This document shows, piece after piece, positions 11,290-22,892 of a stretch of DNA of 43,699 nucleotides. Under the pieces are notes generated by a model. The model saw only the letters and a program-made list of their open reading frames with translations, ran no database searches and was not told the origin of the DNA. The translations under genes were made by a program, and so were the position numbers. The stretch covers positions 55,777,534 through 55,821,232 of the forward strand of contig NC_057719.1 of assembly GCF_004010195.1 (NCBI RefSeq), read 5' to 3'. This DNA is from Chiloscyllium plagiosum. Taxonomy: Eukaryota. The stretch's first letter is position 1; each line of letters begins with the position of its first letter.

Positions 11290-14020
11290 TCGCATTGAAT
11301 TGGCTGAAGCACGACATCTGTGATACTGGGAACCTTTGGAGAAGCCAGGATGGATTTTGTACTTCTTGCTGAAGATAATTGCAAATGTTTCGGCCTTTTC
11401 TATTGCACCAATGTGCTGGGCCCATTCATCATTGGCGATGGAATGTTTGAGGAGTCTCCACCTCAACTGAGTTGTTTAATTGTCCTCCATATTCACAACT
11501 GAGTTTGACAGGATTGCAAAGCTGAGATCTGATTGATTTGGTTGTAAAATCACTTAGCTATCTGCTACTTATGTTGTCTGTAAATAGTCCTGTGTGTGAC
11601 TTGACTAGGTTGACACCTGCCTGGTGCTGCTCACCATGCCCATGTGCACTCTTCATTAACCAGAGTGATATCTTGTCTCGATGGTACTGATTAGAGTGAG
11701 GATACACTGAGCCATGAGATTGCAGGTTGCACTGGAGTACAGTTGAGCCACTGCTGATAATGGCCCACAGCACTTCCTAGATGTCCAGTCTTGAGTTGCT
11801 AGATCTGTTCAAAGTGTATCTCATTTAGTACTGTGATAATGTCACACAATGCAATGTAAAGTAGTAACAATATAGTAACAATGTGGTCTCCACAACAACT
11901 GTGTAGTGGTCACTCTTACTGATACTGTCCGATAGAGGTGCAGTTGCAGCCGGCAGATTGGTAAGGATGGGGTCAAATATGTTTATCCCCCTTAGTTCCT
12001 TCACCATCTGCCACAGAGCAGCAATATCCTTTAGGACCCGATCAGTTCGATCAGTAGTGATGCTGCTGAGCTACTTGGTGATGGATGTTAAAGACATAGC
12101 ACATTCTGCTTTATCTCCTTCAGTGCTTCCTCCAAGTAGTGCTCAACATGGAGGAGTACTGATTCATCAGCTGTGGAATGGCAATATGTGGTATTCAGAA
12201 GGAGGTTTCCTTTTCGGTGTTTGACCTGATGCCATATGACTTCATAGAATCCAAAGACAATGCTGAGGATTTTTACAAAAACTCCAGTGAGGCATTCAAC
12301 AGGGTTCCCCATGGGAGACTGGTTAGCAAGGGTAGATCTCATGGAATACATGGAGAACTAGCCATTTGATACAGAACTGGCTCAAAGGTAGAAGACAGGG
12401 TGGTGGTGGAGGGTTTCTTTTCAGACTGGAGGCCTATGACCAGTGGTGTGCCACAACAATCAGTGCTGGGTCCATTGCTTTTCGTCATTTATATAAATGA
12501 TTTGGATGTGATCATACGAGGTTTAGTTAGTAAGTTTGCAGATGACACTAAAATTGGAGGAGTTGTGGTCAGTGAAGGTTACCTCAGATTATAACAGGAT
12601 CTTGATCAGATGGGCCAGTGGGCTGAGGAGTAGCAGATGGAGTATAATTTAGATAAATATGAGGTGCTACGTTTTGGAAAGGCAAATCAGAGCAGGACTT
12701 ATACACTTAATAGTAAAATCCTGGGGAGTGCTGCTAAACAGAGACCTTGGAGTGCAGGTTCACAGTTCCTTGAAAGTGGAGTATCAGATGGATAGGATAA
12801 TGAAGAAAGCGTGTGGTATGCTTTCTTTTTTTGGACAGAGCATAGAGTATAGGAGTTGGGAGGTCATGTTGCAGCTGTACAGGACATTGGTTAGGCCATG
12901 TTTGGAATATTGTGCACAATTCTGGTCTCCTTCCTGTCGGAAGGATGTTGTGAAAGTTGAGAAGATTTACAACTATGTTGCCAGAGTTGGAGGATTTGAG
13001 TGATAGAGAGCGGCTGAATAGGCTGGGGCTGTTTTCTCTGGAGCATTGGAGGCTGAGGGGGCGACCTTATAGAGATTTATAAAACATGAGGGGCATGGAT
13101 AGGGTAAATCGACAGGGTCTTTTCTCTGGAGAGGGGGAGTCCAGAAATGGAGGGCATAGGTTTAGGGTGAGAGGGAAAAAATTTAAAAGGGACAACTTTT
13201 TTATGCAGAGGGTGGTGCATGCGTGGAATGAGCTGCCAGAGGAAGTAGTGGAGGTTGGTACAGTTACAACATTTACAAGGCATCTGGATGGGTATATGAA
13301 TAGGAAGGGTTTAGAGAGATAGGGGCCAAGTGTTGGCAAAAGGGACTAGTTTAGGTTAGGATATCTGGATGGCATCAACGAGTTGGACCAAAGGGTCTGT
13401 TTTTGTGCTGTTCATCCCTATGACTCTATGAACTCCCTCCCAGTTGTATACCACTAACTCTGCTAGGTATGTTCTGCCCCACAGCAAGGTTGGTGTTACC
13501 TGAGAAATGGCCGACAAGGTCCAATTCTGAGAGAATGTCTATGTCAAGTTGTTGTTTGACAAGTCTGTGGGACAGCTCTTCCAATTTTGGCACTAGATCC
13601 AGATGACAGTAAAACAGACTTTCAGGGTTGAGTGTTTGCTATTGGCATTTCCAGTGCCTAGCTCATTGTTAGGTGGTCTATCTGTCTGATCTCATTCCTA
13701 TTTTGAGGCCTTTTATTGGTTTGATACAACTGACTGGCTTGCTAGCCCATTTCAGAGGCCAATGTGTCACATTCTTGCAGTCTGAAGTCACCTGTAGGCC
13801 CAAGCAGGTAAGGGCAGTAGATTTCCTTCCCTCAGAGATATCAGTGAATGAAATTGGTTTCAATGATAGCTGTTTCATTGCCATAATTCAAATTTTAAAT
13901 CCAGATTGTTTAAAATTCAAATTCCATCACCTCCTGAGATTGTTTCAAACCAAGGTCCCAGAACATTCCCTTGGTCTCTAGATTCCTGGTCCTGCAACAA
14001 TGCCAGTATCCCATCACCTA
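11290..14020 (-). mobile_element. CR1-group LINE 5' half (APE endonuclease region), interrupted by a CR1 at 12286-13430
   Basis: ORF 11825-12007 reads GINIFDPILTNLPAA...DSISKSDHYTVVVET (D.IL.N and SDH motifs of APE endonucleases). The sequence resumes after the CR1. Confidence 0.75.
12286..13430 (+). mobile_element. CR1 LINE, 5'-truncated, RT C-terminal half plus 3' UTR
   Basis: [22 protein letters not shown]...[30 protein letters not shown] and RVVHAWNELPEEVVE, broken by stops and frameshifts. Tail CTATGACTCTATGA; candidate TSD AACTCC at 12280-12285 and 13431-13436. Confidence 0.95.
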
Positions 14021-15494
14021 CCCCCCTTTCCAGCACAAGATTCACTTTCGCTTATAACATTTCTAAAAGAGATGAATCAGAAATTCTGGTGATAACATTT
14101 ACTCTAATTAGGTCTGGTTGTAAATCATCATAATCTCAAAATTCTGACAATATGCAAAGATCAATATTAAAGTTGTCACATGTTCTCATGGAAGGTGTAC
14201 CTTCCTATTAAATGTTTACTGAGCAAACATTAATTGAGCTACATGCTGTTAATGCTCAGAACAATCACTGAAGCACTGTAGACGTCTAATAGATATATGA
14301 GGAACTCATAGGCCACAGAACTCTGGTTAGCTCGTCTCAGGATCGGTCCTTTGTATTTTGATGGAAGGAGCTTTTCCTGTGATGTTGGTTAACTCTTTAC
14401 CATGCAAGTTACTACATGCAATAAGAACTATCTTTGCTGATCTTCCATTCATGTGTTGGGAATGATCTGATTTTGCTTGAAAGCAATCTGTCTTTTACCG
14501 TCAGTTATCAGGGAGTGGAATGGAATGAAACCAATAACAAATACTAATGCATTAAACTGCCTTTTCTTGAACAGGCACTGTACCTTTGATGTGGAATATT
14601 TAATAAATAAATTAACCCTGTGCATGGCTAAACAGCAAGAACGAACATAAATCCAATAAATTCTAATCGAGCAGGCAAAAATTTAGGCTCAGAACTTTCT
14701 TATTGTAACACAAGTGTAAAATTGCAAGCATTTAAAAAAATTGTTCTTGGGATGTAGGCATCAGTGATAATGCAAGCATTTATTACCCAACCTGAATTGT
14801 ACTTGACCAGGTGACTGTGGCTGCCTCTTAAACTGGTTGAGTGAACACCACTTTGTCAGAGGATACTGGATCCATTAAGGCCCTAGCACAGTGTGACACT
14901 GCACTTTACTTTCAAGGTCAGAGCCAAAAACAGCAATATCAAACAAATAAAGGCTATTACATTTCCAAAGCTGTGCATTCAGTTATATTGATTGCACAAG
15001 AATTGATGCAAATTGTATTGGATTTTTTTTAGCAAAGATATAAAGGTAGCATGAAACAAAATGTCAATAATACTATTGTCTCTTATTGACTAGACTGACT
15101 ACATTGATGAGATCATTTTAACAGCAATTAAAATAAATAGTGTTTTAAATAAATGTAAAAAGACCCAGAGTACAATGAGTCGAATCGTACATTTCTTGGC
15201 CTAAGCATGAGTTGCACTGAGTTTTTTGGAGGGTTTTCCACCATGAGACATGGTGAAGTATCTCATCGTGACTTACCTAATGCACCCCAAGAGCGACCTA
15301 CCCTGTCTTTGTGGTATCCCTCTCTTCTCATTCCAACCTCATTTTATCTCCTTTACCACCATTACTATTTCCTTTGTCTTTTTTGCACTGAACACCCTCT
15401 CAGTTTGATCTACTTGTTCCTCCTTACTCTCAGTATTATTGACACTTCAATTCACCCCAAAACACAAACCAAATGTGTGCATCATGGCCAATGA

Positions 15495-15575
15495 CTTTTG
15501 CCCTAAACGTCGATTTTACTGCTCCTCGGATGCTGCCTGAACTGCTGTGCTCTTCCAGCACCACTAATCCAGAAT
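15495..15575 (+). mobile_element. Penelope-like pLTR fragment
   Basis: CTTTTGCCCTAAACGTCGATTTTACTGCTCCTCGGATGCTGCCTGAACTGCTGTGCTCTTCCAGCACC. Confidence 0.8.
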
Positions 15576-18500
15576 ATATTCCATAATGATCTGCCGCACC
15601 CAGCTGTCATTTACTGGAACCTGGCGTCAATCATATCCTATCTGACTCATAGTGCCTGACACAGCTAAGCTTTGACATAGACAAGGAGAACTTCTTCCTC
15701 CTCAACATCTTCTTCCTGCCCCTTGGAAGTCTCCTCCCAAACCCTCAGTCCCAGGATGATGTATCTACCATGCTCACTGAGATTTTCCACCTGTTTTCCC
15801 ACACCCCCTCCGCCCATACAACTTGAGTCCCATCCTGTCACTGTCCTTGTCCCCATTTCTCCAAATGCCTCTGCTTCTCCTCACCCAAGCTTTGACTCCC
15901 CCACATCTTTTGTCAATAATACCTTCCACCCTCCCCAAATCCCCCCACCCCTCCACCATACAGCTACAGGGCCTCCTTGGTACCCTCCTCAGCAGTCAAT
16001 AAATGGACACCAGGATTGTGTTCAGCCCAGACCTCTGACTGACTTCACTGAGAAGCCCTAGTCATGATTGACCCAATCCCAACAACTTTGTCTGCAGCTC
16101 CCTGTCAGTATGTGGTTCCCCAACTCCTCGAGCTGAATATATATGACGAGCTGGTTGTTGCCTACACCTGCATTGGTCAGACATGTCCCCTGACTGTGAC
16201 TGGCCCAAACAGATTACTGACTTTGGTCAAGCCTCTGGACTGAGTGCACATTGTGCCTGTGACTGTCAGTACCAGACCGATCTTGGCCCTCTGTTGACCA
16301 GACTGAAGACTAGCCACTGTCCACTTTCCAACATGGTCATTTGGATAAGTAAATGTGCAATGTGTTTGCCATGCAGTGAGCTGGCACATGGTGTGGGTGT
16401 TAGATTAGGTCTTGGTCTTCCAGATAGCAATATGAGCTATCACCCCCTCTTCCCCCAGCCAACCATGATAGATTCCTATTGACAAGCAATCTGTGTTTCT
16501 GCTCAATAAAGCACTTGAATACGTCAACATCGACAGCCCTTAAACTCTTGACAAGATACTTACAGGAATGAAATGATAATTCAAGGTAAAGCATGGATGC
16601 TGTGAGCACACAGGGAGACACTATATGAGTAAGCGCTGTGAGAGCAATTGAGCAGTCCTGAGATGCAGCCTGGTTCAGTTCATGAGCTGGCTACCTGTAC
16701 ACACGCATACAATCTCTTCCTGCAACCTCTCAATATTAACCAATAATGCACCCTGCCATTCAGGTCTGTCCTTCCCATGTGCATGCAAGTGCACCTATGA
16801 CAAGGGGCCATGAAGGTTATAAGGAGTTGACAACTCCCTGATGCCAATGTCTGTGAACAGGGTTGTGTGCAGCCAGTGTCCATGAATCTAGCACTGAGAC
16901 GCTGCTTTGGGCTGAGCAACATGGAGGATCTTTACAGCTGGCAGCAAGTTGATTTCACCAAGTATTAGCTCCGCTCTGACTTCCACATCAAAGAATTCTC
17001 AATATCTAGTTTATTCAGTGCATTTGGTAACACAGGAAGCTGCACATTAATGAGGTGAGATGTGAAGTTAATGAGGTATTTAACAAGCAAGGATTTCTCT
17101 TCACTAACAACTCGCTGCTGCCTAGTCAGGCTCTTGCCTCAGTGCCCTGCTATTGCATAACAAATGCAGTGAGTTGCTCCCAACAACAAGGTAGGCCTTG
17201 CTGGTCGTCTTGTACCAATCTGCCATATTTTCCCACACAGTCCACATCATTCCGACCCACTACAGCCCACACCATTCCGACCCGCTATAGCCCACATTAT
17301 TCTGCCCAATAAGATATCGGATTAGTCCACAACAATGGGAATATTACCTGGTCAAGATGTGTTTTCCAACAAATTCATGATACAATGTTTTTGGAAAGTC
17401 ACAGCATTCTTGCTTTACTTAACACGGTCAGGTTTGCTTTAGCTGAAAACAAAGCTAAACTGAGGGATCCTAACATGGCTTGCAGATTTGACTCTAGATT
17501 AAGAATTCCTTCAAGCACAGAGCTGCCAATTTAGCCAAATCAGTGGGGAACCTTTCACACATGCCTGTTCCTTTGAAGAAGCCTGCTGATTTTTTCCCCA
17601 GCAGGCTGGTAATTATAATATTAATTATTTCTATAATCCCAGTGGATTGGAATATGAATAGCAGCTCCTTGCTGTCAACATAGATGCCTACTAGGTCAGG
17701 CCTGAAACAACAGTTTTGAAATACCTGTCAGTCATTCTCTTAATGGCTGTGACAATCATAGATTTGTTCTCCTGGTGGTGAACGCTGACGTCAATATTTC
17801 ACAAAAGCAACCGAGATCTGATTCCATTTGTTTATGAGTAAAAATACAAACAGAAGCTTGCACTTTTCCTTGACCTAGTATTTTATTATCTGAGCATTAT
17901 TGTTTTAATCCACAACCCTTTGTTCCTTTCAGAAGCAGATAGCAGTGTCTTATTTCAAACTCGCCCTTCCAAATTTCATTTGAATAAACATAGACCTAGA
18001 AATTTTACCACACTTGAAAGAAGTGCTTAGAGAGCTGGTGCATATTTAATGTGGTCATGACAACCATGACAAATTGGTGCCAACAGCTTGTTATCCTGAC
18101 TCAGGAGTACAGCCATTTCTAACTATACATCTTTGATTGGTTATCAGCCTATTGGGATTACTCATGGAACGGTTTGAGCAATACCACTTATAGGCAGCCA
18201 ATATCTCTTAAAGGTAAGGTGTACTCTCGTGGTCTCGTAAAAATATAGAAAAGACATGCAGTGAAGTACTGTGACAGAAATACCTTACTATGCATGTTGT
18301 GTTTCTGGCCTTAGCCTCCTTTTTCTGCTGAATTTTCAACCACACATATTTTAGCCTTGAATATTGTCCTTAACCTTAGTACCACTCCTCCTTACATCTA
18401 AATCTATTTCTATTGCTTTTGGCACAATGTCTTACCCTCTTTTGCGTCCTCTGTTTCTTCCCAGTGGCTGTATTTGAACTGCTTTTGCATAACAATTCCA

Positions 18501-20579
18501 TGTGTATTTTTTTAAACACAAAACTTTTGTCATATATTAAACATGATTTTATGGTAAAATGAATAATCTTGAAAAAGTCTTTATTATCACATAACACATT
18601 AACTTGTGCCAAATGGTTTTGAAATGATTACAATTGATTTTCTTGTCAGAACTCACTGGAGTCAAATTTTCCCTCAACATCCCAGTGATATGGTTATTTA
18701 CACTAATATCAAGTGATTTTTCTTCTCTCTTATTACAGGAGTTTGCTAGCAACAGTATGCAAAATCTCTTCTATGTTGAAAGAGATACACTACAAATGTA
18801 CAGAGGGGAAGGTCTGGCAATGACTGGACTAGTTACAGATAAAGTATTCCAATATCCCCTTTCTTGAAAACATTATTAATCATTTCTGTGTTAGACCAAG
18901 ATAAGACTTTGCCAGAGCTGTTCCTTTTAGAAAGTGGATACATTTTAGCAATTTGACTGACAAAAGTTGAGTTCTAATAAAATTATTTTAATAAAAGCAT
19001 ATCAGTTACCCTGAGAATGAGTTGGTACAAAATATCCTTTTCAGTTCTGTGCTTGAAATGTTGTGCATTGCCAGAACGACTGCAAATCCGATCAGTAATG
19101 CATGCAATGGAACTGGTTTGGAATACAAGGCCAAGTAAGATGTTAATTCTTTTTCAAAAATCCATGACATTTTACAGGGTGTACAATATAAATGCCAGAT
19201 GAATGGGAAAGATAACATCAAATATATTTAATTTTAAGCTCTAATTTAAATACCCCAAGTTTGACACCTATTCAAGGTGTTATAATCAGAAAGGCAAACA
19301 CCACTCTCCGCAGACTCCATTCTCACCTTTGCATTTTGGGTAATTTATGAGGTCCTCACCATATTTTACACTTTTTTCTCAGATTATGATGTGTATAACT
19401 TAAACAACAACTTCAGCAGAAATTTCAGGAGTCTGTTTTAAGAGGTAAGCCACTTCCAGACAGTTGAATTTGTGAGGTCAGAGACATTTAAGAGATGAAG
19501 TAATGGTAAATGTAAAAGTAATTAGATACAAGCATGTATGAATGTTAACTCTGGAGAAAAAAATTATTGGGAAGTTGTTGTAAGGTAAAGGTTCTGACAA
19601 AGTTAATGTTGAAGTTGCATTAGCTCCACCCATTCAGATAATGTAACACCTTTTTTGAAAATCATGAAGTTGGGCACAAGGTCCAGATAGAGACATATAG
19701 TGTACACCTCAATCCTTGCCTTAATGTTGCAGAGTTAGATGTGGTATGAAGACACTGGAGGGTTGAAAACGCAGCTTGGAATCGGATAAGGTGATGAAGT
19801 TGCAAGTAATCTGGTTCTGCCTTATAGTAAAATTAGATCCACATTCAGGTGAGTCAGCAGTAATAGGCATTATCAAACACAACTGCATGCAAGAGATAGG
19901 AAGAGGGGTAATCTTTGAAACCTTACAGTTGCAGATTCCAGTTCCATATGATCTTACATTTCAATGACATAATTCCTTATGCACATACCCAGCAGATCAA
20001 TAGTTAATTCTTTACATCATGTATCACTGCATTTTACTTCTCTGTTGCCTTTTTAAAGATTAACATTCAACCCTTAACTCCATGCTTCCTAATGTCACTC
20101 TACATTCACCCCTCCCCAACAAGGTTCGAGGCGTTAATCTCCAATAGTATTCTCTGCACTCCTGGAGGATATCTGGGATCTATGTATTCCCTTATCATCA
20201 TCGAGCGATAAATCACATTGGTGGAGTACAATGGTAACATTTCCCAGCCTCAGGTTCTGATTTGTACAGTGCTGATAATCAATCAAAAAAAATGGATTAA
20301 AGCATTAACTTTCCAGTACTCAAACTCTCATAATGGCTTTGGGAGGATAGCAACAAATTGGAAGTCTCCTTCTCCTATCTATCACTAGCCCACTCTGATC
20401 CAGTGAAGAATCTAATGGACAAAAAGAAGAATGAAGAACAATCTGAAGTCAATCTGGACATAACACAATGATGAATTCCCCACCACTCCTACGATATAAT
20501 TTGCATTTTCCATATTTGGTGAAATCTGTAACACTTGTTTCAGTATGTGGCAGCTCCTCGGCAGATAAGAAAATTGCCA

Positions 20580-21410
20580 GAACTGCATCATAATTTGTAA
20601 GTGCACCATCATCAACAAGGCAATGAACTTCTTTACTTTAACCCTTCTTTGTTCTGCTTATATGGTTGGTATCTACATGGACCACCATGACTGAATCACC
20701 CTTCTCCCACTGAAAGCTCCTCTCCAGCTCTGAGTTCATGGTCCAAACCTTAGTACTAAGCAGGCAACACAGCCATTTGGACTCACTCAGAGAATAGTAT
20801 CAATCTCTCTGATTATATTGTCACTCTACCACCATTCTATGCCTTTCTGTACTCCCCACTTGAATGGCTTCCTCACCTTGGCGCCATGGTCAATTAGCTC
20901 ATCTGCGGCTACAGCCCCAATTCTTATCTCTCAAGTAAACTGAACAAATCTGACATCTTTTGGATAATTGCAAAGGCTAAGCAGCCTGTTCTTCAACATT
21001 TCAGGTCTCCTTACGTGTGTCACTCACAATCATACTCTCCTAACCCTTAACACTATTCAAATCAAATTACTGTATCATAAGAGGTATAACCACCTCTATG
21101 TACAAAGAATCCAATTAGTTTTTCCTCTCCCTGATACATTGCTACATCTGTAATTCATCCTCCAGCTCAGGAACTCTGAGCTGAAGGTGTTCAAACTTCA
21201 CAATGCACTGGATTAGACCAGCATTCAGCAATTTCCAATACTATAGCTGTAAAACCTCATCATCTTGCCATCATTATTCAATTCTAATTGTCCACTTAAT
21301 TAAATATATATTTGAATAAAATAATTTTCTTATATATTTATTAACCATAACCTCAGTTGTGGTTGGAATCTTAGGCATAGAATAAATCTTACTCACTTAC
21401 CAGATGCCCA
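20580..21410 (-). mobile_element. Old CR1 5' region (ORF1 SGNH-esterase remnant)
   Basis: Minus strand gives decayed DNIIREIDTIL...LCCLL...SELERSFQWEKGDSVMVVHVDTNHISRTK, resembling GDS and VVHVGTND motifs of CR1 ORF1 esterases. Confidence 0.65.
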
Positions 21411-21632
21411 CTAGATAATTAGTTTCTTCTCCAGTGGCAGAGTAAGAACCAATTCCTGAATGTTGAAGTTGTTGGCAAAGCAAAAGCAAAGGAGCCTCTC
21501 TTTCCCTTCCTCCCTCAACTTTCTTAACTATTAGCTCCCAGCACACTATTTTGAGTTGCACTTCTTAACTACCTTAATCATCCAACTCTATTTCAAGTCA
21601 TACTCCCTAACTCACTTAAAGGTCCACAACTA

Positions 21633-21718
21633 TCTGATGAACGAGCAGCGCTCAAAAAGCTAGTGCTTCCAAATAAACCTGTTGGATTATAACATGGTGT
21701 TTTGTGATTTTTCACTTA
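21633..21718 (+). mobile_element. Penelope-like pLTR fragment (second family) with decayed hammerhead core
   Basis: CTGATGAACGAGCAGCGCTCAAAAAGCTAGTGCTTCCAAATAAACCTGTTGG...GTGATTTTT; same family as the arms of 38758-39296. Confidence 0.7.
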
Positions 21719-21789
21719 AAATAGAGTGGTTGAAGTATGTTCTTTAAGTCAGACACTGAATTAGTTAGGATTGAACACTTCTCACAGCA

Positions 21790-22892
21790 CGGATACAATA
21801 AATGACATTGGTGGATTCCACATCCATCAAAGTTTCACCTGCATCCGTGACTACTTGGTCAGGTCCACGCCCCCCAACAAACCACCCACCCGTCCTGGCA
21901 CCCTCCCCTGCCACCCCAGGAATTGCAAAACCTGCGCCCACACCTCCTCCCTCACCACCATCCGAGGCCCCAAAGGAGCCTTCCACATCCATCAAAGTTT
22001 CACCTGCACATCCACCAATATCATTTATTGTATCTGCTGCTCCCGATGCAGTCTCCTTTACATTGGGGAGACTGGATGCCTCCTCGCAGAGCGCTTCAGG
22101 GAACATCTCTGGGACACCCGCACCAATCAATCCCACCACCCCGTGGCCCAACATTTCAAATCCCCCTCCCACTCTGCCGAGGACATGCAGGTCCTGGGCC
22201 TCCTCCACCGCCGCTCCCTCACCATCTGACGCTTGGAGGAAGAATGCCTCATCTTCCGCCTCAGAACGGTGGCTTAGTGGTTAGCACTGCTGCCTCACAG
22301 CTCCAGGGACCCGGATTCGATTCCCAGCTTGGGCAACTGTCTATGTGGAGTTTGCACGTTCTCCCCGTGTCTGCGTGGGTTTCCTCCGGGTGCTCCGGTT
22401 TCCTCCCATAGACCAAAGATGTGCAGATTAGGTGAATTGGCCATGCTAAATTGCCCGTAGTGTTAGGTGAGGGGGTAAATATAGGGGAATGGGTCTGGGT
22501 GGGTTGCTCTTCGCTCTTCAAAGCTGAAATCAGATACAACATTTCCACTTTATCAACATGTGAAGAATTCAGCCCACCTTATCCCAGATCCAACCTTCCA
22601 AATTGGCACTGTCCCCTTGAACTGTCCTGTCTGTCCATCTTCCTTCCCACCTATCCACTCCAACCTCCTCTCTGACCTTTCACCTCCATCCCCACCCCCA
22701 TTCACCTATTATACTCTTTGCTACCTTCTCCTCAGCCCCACCCAATCCCGACCCCACCCCCATTTATCTCTCCACCCTGGAGGTTTCCTGCTTCTATTCC
22801 TGATGTTTCAGCTTTTGCCCGAAACATCAATTTTCCTGCTCCTTGGATGCTGCCTGACCTGCTGTGCTTTTCCAGCATCATTCTGCTCTAAA
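21790..22892 (+). mobile_element. Penelope-like retroelement 3' part: GIY-YIG endonuclease remnant, 3' UTR and pLTR; interrupted by an HE1 SINE
   Basis: ORF 21771-22229 has C..C-linker (PCHPRNCKTCAH), FTCTSTNIIYCICCSRCSLLYIGET and ERFREH...PVAQHF...H. After a stop it continues RLEEECLIFRL, and the pLTR with a decayed hammerhead lies at 22800-22890. Confidence 0.93.
22266..22513 (+). mobile_element. HE1 / V-SINE lacking its 3' tail
   Basis: A box TGGCTTAGTGG, B box GATTCGATTCC and V-domain. Stops at GGGTTGCTCTTCG with no (CTAAT)n. Confidence 0.93.

Larger units (their letters stand above)
9590..14425 (-). mobile_element. Probable ancient Gypsy-type LTR retrotransposon with two diverged LTRs (about 9590-9854 and 14180-14425), split by nested LINEs
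   Basis: Three blocks occur in the same order at both ends: CATGCTGTTAA (9699/14242), CTGGTTAGC (9758/14323) and a 22/27 match (9802-9828 vs 14367-14393). A PPT-like TTGAGGGACGAGC precedes TGTA at 9854 on the minus strand, and decayed protease-like TIQVNGHP...TGVSAT lies near 10780-10830. Confidence 0.5.

Noticed and set aside
15580..17330. GC-richer stretch with several ORFs, possibly a decayed DNA transposon
   Set aside because: No convincing protein motif or termini found by eye; left unannotated.
21802..22411. Long Pro-rich or His-rich ORFs overlapping the GIY-YIG frame
   Set aside because: Alternative frames of C-rich Penelope sequence running into a SINE.
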